A DNA stretch of 64,000 nucleotides from an uncultured Phycisphaerales bacterium (GCA_963791055.1 CAWBQI010000003.1:804570-868569), one strand, 5' to 3'. Counted from the stretch's first letter, positions 37,115-47,965 are shown. Numbers and translations: made by a program. The notes: generated by a model from the sequence alone, not told the origin.

Positions 37115-38076
37115 TTACCCACGGCTTTCGCGGGACCTTGTCCCCATCTTCGCCAGAAAATCCCCAGTTCGTAAAGCAAAATCAGCGGCACCAGCAGCGC
37201 GATCGTCGCAGTAACAACGTCCCCCGGCGCTAGCCCCGCCGCAACCATGGACAACCCCAGATAAACATACCGACGCCAATGTTGAAACGTCGCGATTTCC
37301 ACCAGCCCGATTCGCGCCAAAGCCATGACCACGATCGGCAATTGAAACGCCAATCCGAATGTCAGCAGGAGTTGCAAAACCAGATCGAGATAGTCCGGCA
37401 GGGTAAACGAAGTCGCCAGTAAGCTGTCCGGCCCGAAGGGAACCACGCGGACATTTCCCCCCACGAAGATTTTCAGCCGGCGCTGCAGGGTATCGAACCA
37501 CATCTGGAACTCCGCCGGATGCGCGGGATTGCCGGGCACCGCCTGGACAAACGTCGGCTGCGTGGTGGACGCGGCTTTGGCCGGATCGACGACGGAAGGA
37601 AGCTGCAGCGGAAAATCCGCCGTGAAGCCGATAAAGAATTGCAGCGAAAACGGCAGGACCACGTAGTAGACGAAAATCATCCCGCAGAGCATCAGGACGA
37701 TGCTGAGCGGAATATATTTCGTGACATACTTCCGCTCTTTTGGATAGAGGCCGGCGCTGATGAACTTCCAAAGCTGGTAAACGATCCACGGCCCCGCCAC
37801 CGCGATGGCCGCGATCAGGCTGACCTTCATGTAAACCATGAAGGCATCGGAGATCTGCACCGAAGAAAGCTGCGGATTGACGTCATATCGCTGCTCGGCC
37901 CTGAGCAGCGGCCGGCACAAAAACCCCAAAATTTGACGGCCAAAGAGAAGGCAGACCAGAACAGCCGGGACCAATCCGATGATTCCCAGCAGAATTCTTC
38001 GCCGCAGTTCCTCCAGATGGTCGCCGATGGACATCTGAAAGTCGTCGGGATTGAAATCCTGCCGGCTCGAAGCCAT
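37115..38076 (-). CDS. tatC: twin-arginine translocase subunit TatC (with about 70-aa periplasmic insertion); probable 1-nt indel near 37160
   Basis: HLEELRRRIL N-terminal motif and 6 TM. The ORF-track frame (to 36805) reads through repeat copy E with junk-like composition. A +2 frame gives a credible end ...LYELGIFLAKMGTRSRESRG* at 37115. Confidence 0.65.
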
Positions 38077-38163
38077 GCGGGGATTGTAGGGGAAAGGCGC
38101 GGAGGGACGAAGGGCAAGAAGGACGGGGCACTCCCGCGCTTAATGCAAAAAGGCCGAAAATTC

Positions 38164-38480
38164 GTGATTCCCCGCGGAGGTCGGACAAGCGGGCGTGACT
38201 TCGGACGGTTGAGGTCGAACTCGAGTTCGAAACTCCTTCGCACCTGCCGCCGCAGGCGGAAACTCATTGCTCCGCCGCAGATGGCCGTTCCGACCTTTAT
38301 CAGGCCGGCCAGGTGCGCTCGCAGCGTCAACCCATTTACGGATTCGAGTTAGGGAACGCCCGTCGGCACGAAAACCATAACCGATCAAGCAATTTCGCTT
38401 TTTGATTTTGCTTTCGACGAATGACATTCCGAAAAATGCGGTGTGAGGATTTCAGCAGGGAAGCAGCTTGATTCGTCCCT
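38164..38480 (+). repeat. dispersed repeat family, full-length copy B, upstream of tatC
   Basis: aggtcggacaagcggg, cggacggttgaggtcg, cgaaactcc, tgccgccg.aggcgg blocks, then the R module (ttcgag...cggcacgaaa...aaccgatcaa). Confidence 0.8.
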
Positions 38481-38988
38481 AGCGCGACGGGATTTCGCAA
38501 GCTCGGCGCACTCGAATTTCGGATTTCGAGTTTCCGCGTTGTCTTTACGCCGCGGGCAGCGGATCAAATTCCACCGCCACGCGATATCCCAGCCCGCTAG
38601 GATCGCATCGAAGAACCCGGCCAAACGCGTCCCAGCCACGCATCATTCCCTCTTTAGGGAAGAAGACGGCCAGATGTTCGCCTTGTTGAAGCGGGCGATC
38701 GCAAATGGCGGAAAGTCCGCCGAGGGACAGGTCGCGAAGCATGAGACTCAGCCGGGGCATTTGCCGGGCCTCGAGGGTGTGATCCATGCGGTTTCCCTGA
38801 ACGGTGGCATGGAATTCCTTGCGGGGGAACATGCGCCGCTCGGCCCACGAATCAGTGGGCAAAGAAGCAGGCATCTTCATCAGTGCGACCATATTCAACG
38901 CTCCTTACACAGTCGTTCAAAATCCTGTAGGCTCATCGGCCAGAAAGCCGGAAAAGGTTATCCAGATTGATAAGGAATTGGCGGTGCC

Positions 38989-40524
38989 GTGAAATCGTCG
39001 AAAACGGCCGGAATTGTGTTTCTCGTCGGCGCCGGGCCGGGCGACCCGGGGCTTATCACCGTGCGCGGGGCCAGATTATTGGAACAGGCGGACGTGGTTG
39101 TATACGACTATTTGTCCAATCCGCGCCTGCTGAGTTATTGCCCCCATGCGGAAGCGATCTATGTGGGGAAGAAGGCCGCGGCCCATTCGATGCCGCAGGA
39201 ACAGATCAACGCGCTACTGGTTGAGAAAGCGCGGGCCGGGAAGCGCGTGGTGCGGCTAAAAGGAGGCGACCCGTTCGTCTTCGGCCGCGGCGGCGAGGAA
39301 TGCCAGGCGCTGGCTGATGCGGGCATCACGTTCGAAGTCGTACCGGGCATCACGGCGGCCATCGCCGTGCCGGCATACGCCGGAATTCCCGTCACCCACC
39401 GCGATTTCAATTCCAGCTTCACCTTCATCACCGGCCACGAACGGGAGGATGGCGAAGAATCGGCCAACGACATCGCCTGGGACGCTATCGCCAAGCTTCC
39501 CTGCATCGCGTTTTACATGGGCGCGAAATCGCTTCCGAAGATTTGCCAGAGATTGATCGAAAATGGAATGCCATCCGAAACCGCCGCGGCGACGATTCAA
39601 TGGGGAACGATGCCCGCGCAGCGCACGGTCGTTTCCACGCTCGCTCGGCTGGCACAGGATGTGACGGCGGCCGGGGTGGGCGCGCCGGCGATCACGATCA
39701 TCGGCAAGGTTGTAGAACTGCGAAAAACGCTGGCATGGGTCGAACGCCGGCCGCTGTTTGGTCAGACCATCGTTGTGACCCGGACGCGGCATCAGGCGAG
39801 TGAGATATCCCAGAAGCTGGAAGAACTCGGCGCGGCGGTGATCGAAGCTCCAACGATCGAACTGCATGAACCGGAAGATTTGACCGAAGTGGATGCCGCG
39901 CTGGCGGGCGCGGGAGATTTTGATTGGGTATGCTTCACCAGCGCCAACGGCGTGACCGCCGCTCGTAAGCGATTGGCCGAGTTGGGGAAGGACTCCCGCG
40001 TCTTCGGCAAGGCAAAACTAGGCGCGATCGGTTCGGCGACGGCGGAGGCTATTGAGCGGGAATTGTGCCTGAAAGTCGATTTGTGTCCGCCATCGTTCGT
40101 CGCCGAGGCCTTGGCCGAGGAGTTTTTGAAAAGGAATGAAGTCGCGGACCGGCGGTTTCTCCTGCTGCGGGCCGACATCGCCCGACCGCTGCTGCGCGAG
40201 CGGCTGATCGAAAACGGCGCCGCGAACGTGAGCGATGTCGCGCTTTACGAGACGCGCCCGGCAAAAGAGCCGCCGGCCGGGCTGGCCGAAGCGATCGACG
40301 CGGGCCGGATCAACTGGATTACCTTCAGCAGCAGCAGCACGGTAAAGAATTTTCTGAGCCTCTTGGGCACGGACTACCGCAATCGACTATCCCGCACCAA
40401 ACTGGCCAGCATCGGCCCGATCACAACCGCAACGCTCAAAGAAGCCGGATTGGCCCCAACGGCGGAGGCGCGAACTTTCAACATCGACGGACTGATCGAC
40501 GCAATCAAGGGAGAATTGCCGTGA
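38989..40524 (+). CDS. cobA-hemD: uroporphyrinogen-III C-methyltransferase / uroporphyrinogen-III synthase fusion
   Basis: VGAGPGDPGLITV and GGDPFVFGRG SAM-MTase motifs in the N-half. HemD-like C-half. 511 aa. Confidence 0.9.
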   Translation: MKSSKTAGIVFLVGAGPGDPGLITVRGARLLEQADVVVYDYLSNPRLLSYCPHAEAIYVGKKAAAHSMPQEQINALLVEKARAGKRVVRLKGGDPFVFGRGGEECQALADAGITFEVVPGITAAIAVPAYAGIPVTHRDFNSSFTFITGHEREDGEESANDIAWDAIAKLPCIAFYMGAKSLPKICQRLIENGMPSETAAATIQWGTMPAQRTVVSTLARLAQDVTAAGVGAPAITIIGKVVELRKTLAWVERRPLFGQTIVVTRTRHQASEISQKLEELGAAVIEAPTIELHEPEDLTEVDAALAGAGDFDWVCFTSANGVTAARKRLAELGKDSRVFGKAKLGAIGSATAEAIERELCLKVDLCPPSFVAEALAEEFLKRNEVADRRFLLLRADIARPLLRERLIENGAANVSDVALYETRPAKEPPAGLAEAIDAGRINWITFSSSSTVKNFLSLLGTDYRNRLSRTKLASIGPITTATLKEAGLAPTAEARTFNIDGLIDAIKGELP

Positions 40525-41462
40525 GTCTCGACGACCCGGTGATCGCTGTAATCGGCGCGGGAGCCGTGGGCGGCTATTACGGAGCGCGCCTGATTCAACA
40601 TGGGCATCGCGTTCACCTGCTGACGCCGAGGGACTGCAACGCCATTCGACAGACCGGGATGCAAATCCACAGCCGCGATGGAGATTTTTCACTCTCGGCG
40701 AAACAGATCAACGTTTACGACGATCCGCGTGCGATGCCAAAGGCCGATTTGGTGGTCATCACGCTTAAGACGACGGCGAACGATCATTTTGCCGACCTGG
40801 TCGGGCCCGTGGTCAAAGAGGATTCGATCATCCTGACCCTGCAAAACGGGTTGGGGAATGAAGAACTGCTCGGAAAACTGTTCGGCGATGCCCGAATCCT
40901 CGGGGGCATGGCGTTCGTCTGCATCAATCGGGTCGCGCCCGGCGAGATTTCGCACACGGATCACGGAATGATTCGGCTTGGCGAACCGCGCGGCGGCATC
41001 AGCGAGCGGACCACAAAAATCGCGGAGCTCTTCACCGCGAGCGGCGTTCCATGTGGTGTTTTGGACGATTTGACGTTTGGGCGATGGGACAAGCTGATTT
41101 GGAACGTGCCCTTTAATGGGCTGGGAGCTGCGCTGGATATGACAACCGATCAGTTGATCAATTCGGAACAGGGGCTGGGCATGGTCCGCCGGCTTTGCCA
41201 GGAGGTAATTGCGGCTTGCCGGCCGTTGAACATACGATTCAATTTAAACGTAATTGAAGAGAAAATTCGCCATACCCAAACAATGGGGGCATACAAGACG
41301 AGCATGCAAATTGATCGACAGATGGGTCGCCCAATGGAAATTGAGGCCATCATCGGTCGACCATTGCACGAAGCCAGGCGAAATTCGATTGAAACTCCAT
41401 ATATGGAAATGCTTTACGGCATTTTATCATTGCTGGAGACTCGGGCTCTGTCAGAAAAGTAA
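40521..41462 (+). CDS. panE: 2-dehydropantoate 2-reductase (ketopantoate reductase, ApbA/PanE family)
   Basis: N-terminal IAVIGAGAVGGYYG Rossmann motif and conserved K/N/E residues. 4-nt overlap with the upstream gene. Confidence 0.85.
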   Translation: MSLDDPVIAVIGAGAVGGYYGARLIQHGHRVHLLTPRDCNAIRQTGMQIHSRDGDFSLSAKQINVYDDPRAMPKADLVVITLKTTANDHFADLVGPVVKEDSIILTLQNGLGNEELLGKLFGDARILGGMAFVCINRVAPGEISHTDHGMIRLGEPRGGISERTTKIAELFTASGVPCGVLDDLTFGRWDKLIWNVPFNGLGAALDMTTDQLINSEQGLGMVRRLCQEVIAACRPLNIRFNLNVIEEKIRHTQTMGAYKTSMQIDRQMGRPMEIEAIIGRPLHEARRNSIETPYMEMLYGILSLLETRALSEK

Positions 41463-41595
41463 TGCGCCTTGGAATTCGGCAAATTTTGGTTGCGTTTTAT
41501 GGATTTTGGGATATATAGAGTTAGGTGAAGGGCGAGAAGAACGTGGCAAACCTATCGACGCAGTTTTCGCCTAAGAACATATATCACGTGGCTTT

Positions 41596-41826
41596 ATGGA
41601 GATCGGAGCGATGATTTCCCAACGAAGGACTGCCCAATTCGGCCTTTTGGCGGCTGCCGCCGTTCTTGTCACCAGTGTTGGGATATTGGCTTCTAACGCC
41701 GGCAACACTTCTCAGGTGCCTTCCGCTCAGGTAAACGGCGAGGTTTCACACCAGACGCAAATCCAGTCACCGATGACGCTTTCTGCGTCAGCGGATTCAA
41801 GCACGACCGTCGCGGTCCAACGCTGA
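41596..41826 (+). CDS. small hypothetical secreted protein
   Basis: 76-aa ORF with signal-peptide-like N-terminus, in a lower-GC intergenic stretch. Weak. Confidence 0.3.
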   Translation: MEIGAMISQRRTAQFGLLAAAAVLVTSVGILASNAGNTSQVPSAQVNGEVSHQTQIQSPMTLSASADSSTTVAVQR

Positions 41827-41892
41827 ATCACACTTACGTTTTGAATTTGGCAGTTCATCCAACTCCGGCGAATTTCCGGTTATCATTTCCTC

Positions 41893-43128
41893 ATGCACTT
41901 GGTGGTCTTTGAGGCTTCGCGGTGGGCGTCGATGGCGCCGCTTTCTCTCAATCGCCCGGTTTTCACGCTGCTCAGCGGAACCAGTTCGCTGCTCGAAAAG
42001 CAGATCCAGCATGTACAACCCTTGCGCGTAACGTTGTGGGTCAGGCCGCAGATGGTTGAGTTTTGCCGAAAACACGTCGTTCCGTCCCTGTCCGTTCCCG
42101 TCTCTATCAACACTCCGCTGGATGATGAGCCGGCCTTTCTGACCAGCGGGCGCACCGTGCACTTCAGCCAGTTTCCCAGACCGACAGACCCGATGGTCAG
42201 CGTCGATGAAGGCAATCTGATTCGACAGGCTTACGTGAAAATGCCCGGCTTGAACTGGGACGACGCGATGCGTCGAAGCGATCGTTGGCTCGAGTTACTC
42301 AAGCTCCCTCGAACCAGCGATCAGACGCGCTTGCCCGAATACCTTTGGGATCTGGTCCACTGGAACGAAGAAGCGATCGTGGCCGATGCGATTCAGATGA
42401 CGGATCGGCCCAGAGCGCCCGCAGATTGCCGATGCCACATCGTGGCTGAGCAGGATGTGATCGTGAACCCACAGGCCAAGCTGTCGCCGGGTTGTGTTCT
42501 TGATGCGAGCAAGGGCCCGATCGTGATTGACGCCGGCGCCTCGATCGGCGCCAACAGCGTCTTGCAAGGCCCGGTATACGTGGGCAGGTATTCGAGTGTC
42601 AGCCCACTGTCCCACATTCACTCCGGTACAAGCATCGGCCCGATGTGCAAGATCGGCGGTGAGGTCGCGACGAGTATTTTTCTTGGTTTTAGCAACAAGC
42701 CTCACGATGGATTCGTCGGACACAGCTACATTGGCCAGTGGGTGAACGTGGGCGCCGCCACGACGACCAGCAATCTCAAGAACACTTACGGCCCGATCAA
42801 GATGCACATCGGGGCGAAACAGATTGAAACAGATCGCCGGTTTCTGGGATCGATGATCGGCGATCATTCCAAGCTGGCGATCGGCACGCGCCTGATGACC
42901 GGAAGCTATATCGGCTACTGCAGCCTGCTGGCCGGCAGCGACCTGCCGCCGCGGTTTATTCCGAGTTTCACGTTCTGGACTGATGCAGGCTCGCAGCCGT
43001 ACAAGCTGGATAAGGCCCGGGAAATGATGAAGCAAATGTATTCCCGACGGGGAAGGACATGGGACGACGAAGAAGAGTCCCAATTGCAATTGGCAATGGA
43101 GTCGGCCAAAGAAGTGGAAGCCGAGTAG
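41893..43128 (+). CDS. putative sugar nucleotidyltransferase with left-handed beta-helix (hexapeptide-repeat) domain (GlmU/RmlA-like architecture)
   Basis: N-terminal NTP-transferase-like region. Multiple [LIV]-G-x-x-x-x hexapeptide repeats (VIDAGASIGANSVLQGPVYVGRYSSV...). Confidence 0.6.
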   Translation: MHLVVFEASRWASMAPLSLNRPVFTLLSGTSSLLEKQIQHVQPLRVTLWVRPQMVEFCRKHVVPSLSVPVSINTPLDDEPAFLTSGRTVHFSQFPRPTDPMVSVDEGNLIRQAYVKMPGLNWDDAMRRSDRWLELLKLPRTSDQTRLPEYLWDLVHWNEEAIVADAIQMTDRPRAPADCRCHIVAEQDVIVNPQAKLSPGCVLDASKGPIVIDAGASIGANSVLQGPVYVGRYSSVSPLSHIHSGTSIGPMCKIGGEVATSIFLGFSNKPHDGFVGHSYIGQWVNVGAATTTSNLKNTYGPIKMHIGAKQIETDRRFLGSMIGDHSKLAIGTRLMTGSYIGYCSLLAGSDLPPRFIPSFTFWTDAGSQPYKLDKAREMMKQMYSRRGRTWDDEEESQLQLAMESAKEVEAE

Positions 43129-43178
43129 GCGGACAATTGGATTTGCGGTCCTATTCTTTCGAGCTGAAGGAGATCCAA

Positions 43179-44249
43179 TTGACGAAATGGTTGCATGCGA
43201 CAGTGGTGTTTTTGGCTTTGGGGGCCGGGACGGCATTGGCGGACGTAGCGATCCAGGCCGGCGGGGCGACGTTTCCTAATCCGATTTATCAACTGTGGAT
43301 CAAAGACTTTGGACAACTGCATCTCGATATCAAGATCGCTTACGCCGCCAAGGGTTCGGGCGCAGGGATTGGCGGCCTGCTCGACAAGACTTTCGATTTC
43401 TGCGGCTCCGACGCTCCGATGAGCGATGACGAGTTGCAGAAGGCGCAAACCGTTAACGGCGACGTAGTGCAAATCCCCTCGGTCGCCGGAGCCGTTGTGC
43501 TGGCGTTTAACCTTCCGGGCTTCACCGGCGATCTGAATCTCAGCGGGCCGGTCATCGCCGACATCTTTCTGGGAAAGATCACCAAGTGGAATGATCCGGC
43601 AATCGCGGCCCTGAATCCCGGTGTATCGTTGCCAGATACGGACATCACGACTGTTCACCGCAGCGACGGCAGCGGCACCAATTTCGTCTTCACTAGCTAT
43701 CTCTGCACGCAGAGCGATGATTTTCAAACGAAGGTGAATTTCGGCAAGACCGTGAATTGGCCCAACGGCCAGGGTGGCTCCGGCAACGCCGGCGTGACCC
43801 AGGCGGTGCAGAAAACCGCGGGGGCGATCGGCTATATCGAACTGAATTATGCCCTGAAAAACTCAATTCCATTCGCCACCATGCAAAACGACAGCGGCAA
43901 GCTAGTGAAGGCCTCGCCGCAAAGCGTTTCCGCGGCCGGCGAAGGCGCGGTGAAGGACATCGATGAATACAAAACGCTGGCAGTCCGCCTTTGGAGCCGC
44001 GAAGGTGATGATGTCTATCCCATCGCATCGTTCACCTACCTGATTTGCTACAAGGACCTGAGCTATCTGAAGGATCAGGCCAAAGCCCAGGCAATCGTGG
44101 ATTTTTTCTGGTATGCGACCCATGATGGCCAGTCGAAGGCCGTCGATTTGACGTACGCGCCGTTGAGTGCGGGCGTTGGGCAGCGTGCCGAGCAGGCGAT
44201 TGCAACGATCCTATTCAATGGCCACGCATTGCACCCGTTGAGCAAATGA
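43179..44249 (+). CDS. pstS: phosphate ABC transporter substrate-binding protein
   Basis: TTG start 6 nt after AAGGAG. Signal peptide, then GSGAGI...SDAPMS and ...RSDGSGTNFVFT PstS motifs. Confidence 0.85.
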   Translation: MTKWLHATVVFLALGAGTALADVAIQAGGATFPNPIYQLWIKDFGQLHLDIKIAYAAKGSGAGIGGLLDKTFDFCGSDAPMSDDELQKAQTVNGDVVQIPSVAGAVVLAFNLPGFTGDLNLSGPVIADIFLGKITKWNDPAIAALNPGVSLPDTDITTVHRSDGSGTNFVFTSYLCTQSDDFQTKVNFGKTVNWPNGQGGSGNAGVTQAVQKTAGAIGYIELNYALKNSIPFATMQNDSGKLVKASPQSVSAAGEGAVKDIDEYKTLAVRLWSREGDDVYPIASFTYLICYKDLSYLKDQAKAQAIVDFFWYATHDGQSKAVDLTYAPLSAGVGQRAEQAIATILFNGHALHPLSK

Positions 44250-45379
44250 ATCCCGGCGCAGCAGAAATCGATACGAATTTGACGGAACGCCGCCGGCGCG
44301 CGTACGGGGAGCCGGCGCTTTATCTCGCCGCCACCGGCAGCGCCCTGATGATCCTGCTGATGCTGGCGGCGCTACTGGTCGTGCTCTTTATCGCGGCCGC
44401 TCCGAGCATCCACAGATTTGGCGGCGAATTTCTGGTCAGCAGCGCCTGGCGAGCGAATTCATTGCCGGTTTTGAAACTGGATGCCCGCGGTAAGCCGATT
44501 CGCGACCCCAGAACGGGTATGAAGGTTGTGGATCACTATGATCCGCCACGGTTTGGGGCCCTGGCGTCAATCTCGGGGACGGCGCAGACTTCGGCCATCG
44601 CTTTGCTTTTCTCGGTTCCATTGAGCCTGGGCGCGGCGCTATATCTGGTGCGAATCGCCCGCACCTGGATGGTGACTCCCATTTCGTTCCTCATCGAGTT
44701 TCTGGCGGCCATTCCGAGCATCGCATATGGGCTGTGGGGCATGTTTGTGCTGGGGCCATGGATGGGCGGCCCGGCCCGGTGGGATCGGATTTTCGGATTC
44801 ATACCCTTTCCAGCGGGAATCGAAAGCAGGCTGACTTCCATTTTCCATCACGTCCCCGGATTCCGATGGATCGTTGAGCAGCGGATCGGCGGGAAAATTG
44901 TCACCGTTCCCGCCACCGGGCGGGATATTCTGGTCGCCGGAATCATTCTGGGGATCATGGTGATTCCGATCATTACCGCTATCAGCCGGGATATCCTGCG
45001 AAATGTCCCGCTCGCCCAAATTGAAGGGACCATCGCCCTGGGGGCGACATGGTGGCAGAGCTGCGTCGAGATGCTCAAGTTCAGCCGGAGCGGCCTGTTC
45101 GGGGCGATCATCCTGGGCCTGGCGCGGGCGGCGGGAGAAACCATGGCCGTGCTCATGGTGATGGGCAGCACGCCGACGGTCACGACGTCTCCACTGGCGG
45201 CCGGCGCGACGATGGCGTCCACACTCGCCGGTGAATTTCCCGAGGCGGCAACCAACGACCTGCATCGCGGCGCGCTGATGGAATTGGCCCTGATTCTTCT
45301 GTTGATGTCCCTCGTGTTTAACGTGATCGCCCGATACCTCGTCGTCGGCAAGACCGTCCGAACGGCGGCTGCACACTGA
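44246..45379 (+). CDS. pstC: phosphate ABC transporter permease
   Basis: ATGA overlap with pstS. EAA-loop region ARAAGETMAVLMVMG. 6 TM. Confidence 0.9.
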   Translation: MNPGAAEIDTNLTERRRRAYGEPALYLAATGSALMILLMLAALLVVLFIAAAPSIHRFGGEFLVSSAWRANSLPVLKLDARGKPIRDPRTGMKVVDHYDPPRFGALASISGTAQTSAIALLFSVPLSLGAALYLVRIARTWMVTPISFLIEFLAAIPSIAYGLWGMFVLGPWMGGPARWDRIFGFIPFPAGIESRLTSIFHHVPGFRWIVEQRIGGKIVTVPATGRDILVAGIILGIMVIPIITAISRDILRNVPLAQIEGTIALGATWWQSCVEMLKFSRSGLFGAIILGLARAAGETMAVLMVMGSTPTVTTSPLAAGATMASTLAGEFPEAATNDLHRGALMELALILLLMSLVFNVIARYLVVGKTVRTAAAH

Positions 45380-45392
45380 GTCGGAGAGCGGT

Positions 45393-46226
45393 ATGCCTTC
45401 ACTTCAAGTTTCTCGCGCCAAGTTCAGCAGCCAGATCATGTATGGAATCTGCACTGCCTGCGCGTTTTTGATCGTTATCATCCTGACCCTGATTGCGGGT
45501 TACCTCCTGTTCATCGGATTCCATTCGCTGAACTGGCGGTTTTTCGTCAATCTCCCACAGAGCGATCCACCCGGCATGCGCAACAGCATCGAGGGAACGA
45601 TCATTCTCGTCGCCTTAGCGGCGGCCGTGGGCATTCCCATCGGAATGCTGGCAGGCATCTATCTTTCGGAGTACGACGCGGATTCCGTCCTGGCAACGCC
45701 CGTGCGGTTCGTGTCGGACGTCCTGGCCGGCGTTCCCAGCATCGTCGTCGGAATCCTGGGTTATGAACTGGTGGTTGTCCCGATGGGCACCTACAGCGGC
45801 TGGGCCGGCGCGGCATCCCTGGCGTTCATCATGATTCCCATCGTCGCGCGCACGACCGAAGAAATGCTCCGGCTCGTGCCGTGGAGCTATCGCGAAGCGT
45901 CCGTCGCCCTGGGCGCGACCAAGGCCGGGACGATCATGCGCGTCGTGATCCCATCCGCGACCGGCAGCCTGGTGACCGGCGCCATGCTGGCGATCGCCCG
46001 CGTCGCCGGTGAAACAGCCCCGCTCCTCTTCACCGCCGTCGGCAGCCCCTATCTGATCCAGAATCCCAGCCAGCCGTTTCCTTCCCTGACGCTACGGATA
46101 TACGAATTGTCGAATGAACCTTCGCCGGAATCGCGATCCCAGGCCTGGTCCGGCATCCTGGTGCTGATCGCCCTGATCTTCATCGTCAACCTCGGCGTCC
46201 GCTATTTCACCCGCCGACGAAAATAG
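45393..46226 (+). CDS. pstA: phosphate ABC transporter permease
   Basis: ARVAGETAPLLFTA EAA motif. 277 aa. Confidence 0.9.
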   Translation: MPSLQVSRAKFSSQIMYGICTACAFLIVIILTLIAGYLLFIGFHSLNWRFFVNLPQSDPPGMRNSIEGTIILVALAAAVGIPIGMLAGIYLSEYDADSVLATPVRFVSDVLAGVPSIVVGILGYELVVVPMGTYSGWAGAASLAFIMIPIVARTTEEMLRLVPWSYREASVALGATKAGTIMRVVIPSATGSLVTGAMLAIARVAGETAPLLFTAVGSPYLIQNPSQPFPSLTLRIYELSNEPSPESRSQAWSGILVLIALIFIVNLGVRYFTRRRK

Positions 46227-46227
46227 C

Positions 46228-46400
46228 TATCCCATTCTCGTCCCTTGCAGACGGATGTCGCGATCATTAACAGGCCAGCCACGACTGCCCGCAGCGCCAG
46301 CGCTTTATCGTATTCGAGCCGGCGATGCTGATCGGCACGGACACCGTACCCGACAATAATCTTCTAACCCGCAATCCGTCGAAATCTCGACCTCTTGTAG
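46228..46400 (+). repeat. dispersed repeat family, partial copy D, starting right after the pstA stop
   Basis: ...ctcgtcccttgcagacgg...gcagcgccagcgctttatcgtattcgagcc...ctgatcggcacgga...cgacaataatc aligns to copies A, C and E. Confidence 0.75.
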
Positions 46401-46455
46401 ACTCAGTTCAAGTGTCGCGTATACTTCCGCATTCCAAAACAGGGTAAGGCGAGGT

Positions 46456-47632
46456 ATGGCTTCAGTCTGCTTTTATTTTCAGGTTCATCAGCCGTTTCGG
46501 CTTCGGCGTTACAGCGTTTTCGACACCGACCGGCACTATTTCGACGATTACAAAAACGCCGAAATCTGCCGGAAGGTCGCCCACAAATGCTATATCCCGG
46601 CCAATCGGACGCTGCTGGAAACGATCCGCGTTCATGAGGGGCGGTTCCGCATCGCCTATTCGATCACCGGCGCGGCCCTGGAGCAGATCCAGCAATATGT
46701 CCCGGAAGCAATGGAAACCTTCCACGACTTGAACAAGACCGGATGCGTGGAATTTCTCGACGAAACATATTACCACTCCCTGTCGTTCCTTTATTCGCGC
46801 GAGGAATTCCGGGCCCAGGTCGAACAGCACCGGCAATACATCAAGCACCTGTTCGGCCAGGAGCCGCGGGTTTTTCGCAATACCGAGCTGATCTACAACA
46901 ACGATCTGGCCCATTTCGTGAGCCACATGGGATACGACGCCATCCTCGCCGAGGGGGTGGACCAGATTCTGGGATATCGCAGCCCAAATTTCGTTTATCG
47001 CCCGCCGCATTCGCCCAAGCTCAAGCTGCTGCTCAAAAATTACCGGCTCAGCGACGACATCGCCTTCCGGTTTTCCAACCGCGCCTGGGAACAATGGCCG
47101 CTGACCGCCGAAAAATTCGCCGGCTGGGTCAGCCAGATCAACGGCAACGGGTTCATCTGCAACCTGTTCATGGATTACGAAACCTTCGGCGAGCACCAAT
47201 GGGCCGACACGGGCATTTTCGATTTCATGCGGCATCTCCCCGGCAAAATCATGGAAAACAGGGACAATCAATTTCCTCACCCCCAGCCAGGTGATCGACA
47301 AATTCGACGCCGTCGGCGAGATCGACGTCCCCCACATGATCTCCTGGGCGGACATGGAGCGCGATCTGTCGGCCTGGCTCGGCAATGCGATGCAGTCCAA
47401 CTCCCTGCACGAACTGTACAAGCTCGAAGGCCCGCTGAAGGAAAAAGGGGATGAACAGTTGCTGACCGATTGGCGCCGACTGACCACCAGCGACCATTTC
47501 TATTACATGTGCACGAAATACTGGTCGGATGGCGATGTGCACAAGTACTTCAGCCCGTACGAAAGCCCGTACGACAGCTACATCAATTTCATGAACGTGC
47601 TGGACAACATCCAGACGCGGTTGCGGGCGTAA
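46456..47632 (+). pseudogene. glycoside hydrolase family 57-like alpha-glucan enzyme interrupted by a 1-nt insertion in a T-run (about 47275)
   Basis: Frame A (46456-47454) reads credibly up to ...GKIMENRDNQ. Frame B (47291-47632) reads credibly from ...FLTPSQVIDKFDAVGEIDVPH to the stop. caattTcct with one fewer T restores a single roughly 390-aa protein. Confidence 0.7.
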
Positions 47633-47707
47633 AGTCGCGCGAGGAAGCCCGCGCCGGGTTCCAGAACTTTCTAGCCTGTCCGGCATGTCGCCGTTATAAT
47701 TGCGCTC

Positions 47708-47965
47708 ATGACTGCTGATACCGTCTTCGTTCGACTTCGGCGTCGCCCGTTCGTGCCATTTCGGCTTATTCTGAGCAGCGGCATAACCTACGATATTCTG
47801 CATCCGGAGATGTTGTTCCTCTCCAAATCGGGTTTGACCATCGCCATCTACGACCGCGACCAGCGGCCCTCGCCGGAAGAGATTCCAGTGCGAGAGACTT
47901 TGGTTTCGTTTCTGCACGTGGCGGCAATCGAGGATTTACCTCAGCCGTCCGCAAAAGCGGGCTAG
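47708..47965 (+). CDS. hypothetical protein
   Basis: 85-aa ORF with unbiased composition. No recognizable family. Confidence 0.4.
   Translation: MTADTVFVRLRRRPFVPFRLILSSGITYDILHPEMLFLSKSGLTIAIYDRDQRPSPEEIPVRETLVSFLHVAAIEDLPQPSAKAG

Noticed and set aside
38216-38240. TTCGAAA loop flanked by a short stem (tRNA T-arm-like) inside repeat copy B
   Set aside because: No acceptor stem, anticodon arm or CCA context. The homologous position in copy A has a different loop, so it is a repeat hairpin and not a tRNA.
46227-46455. Space for a missing pstB after pstA
   Set aside because: Only 229 nt, occupied by repeat copy D. No ATPase motifs in any frame.
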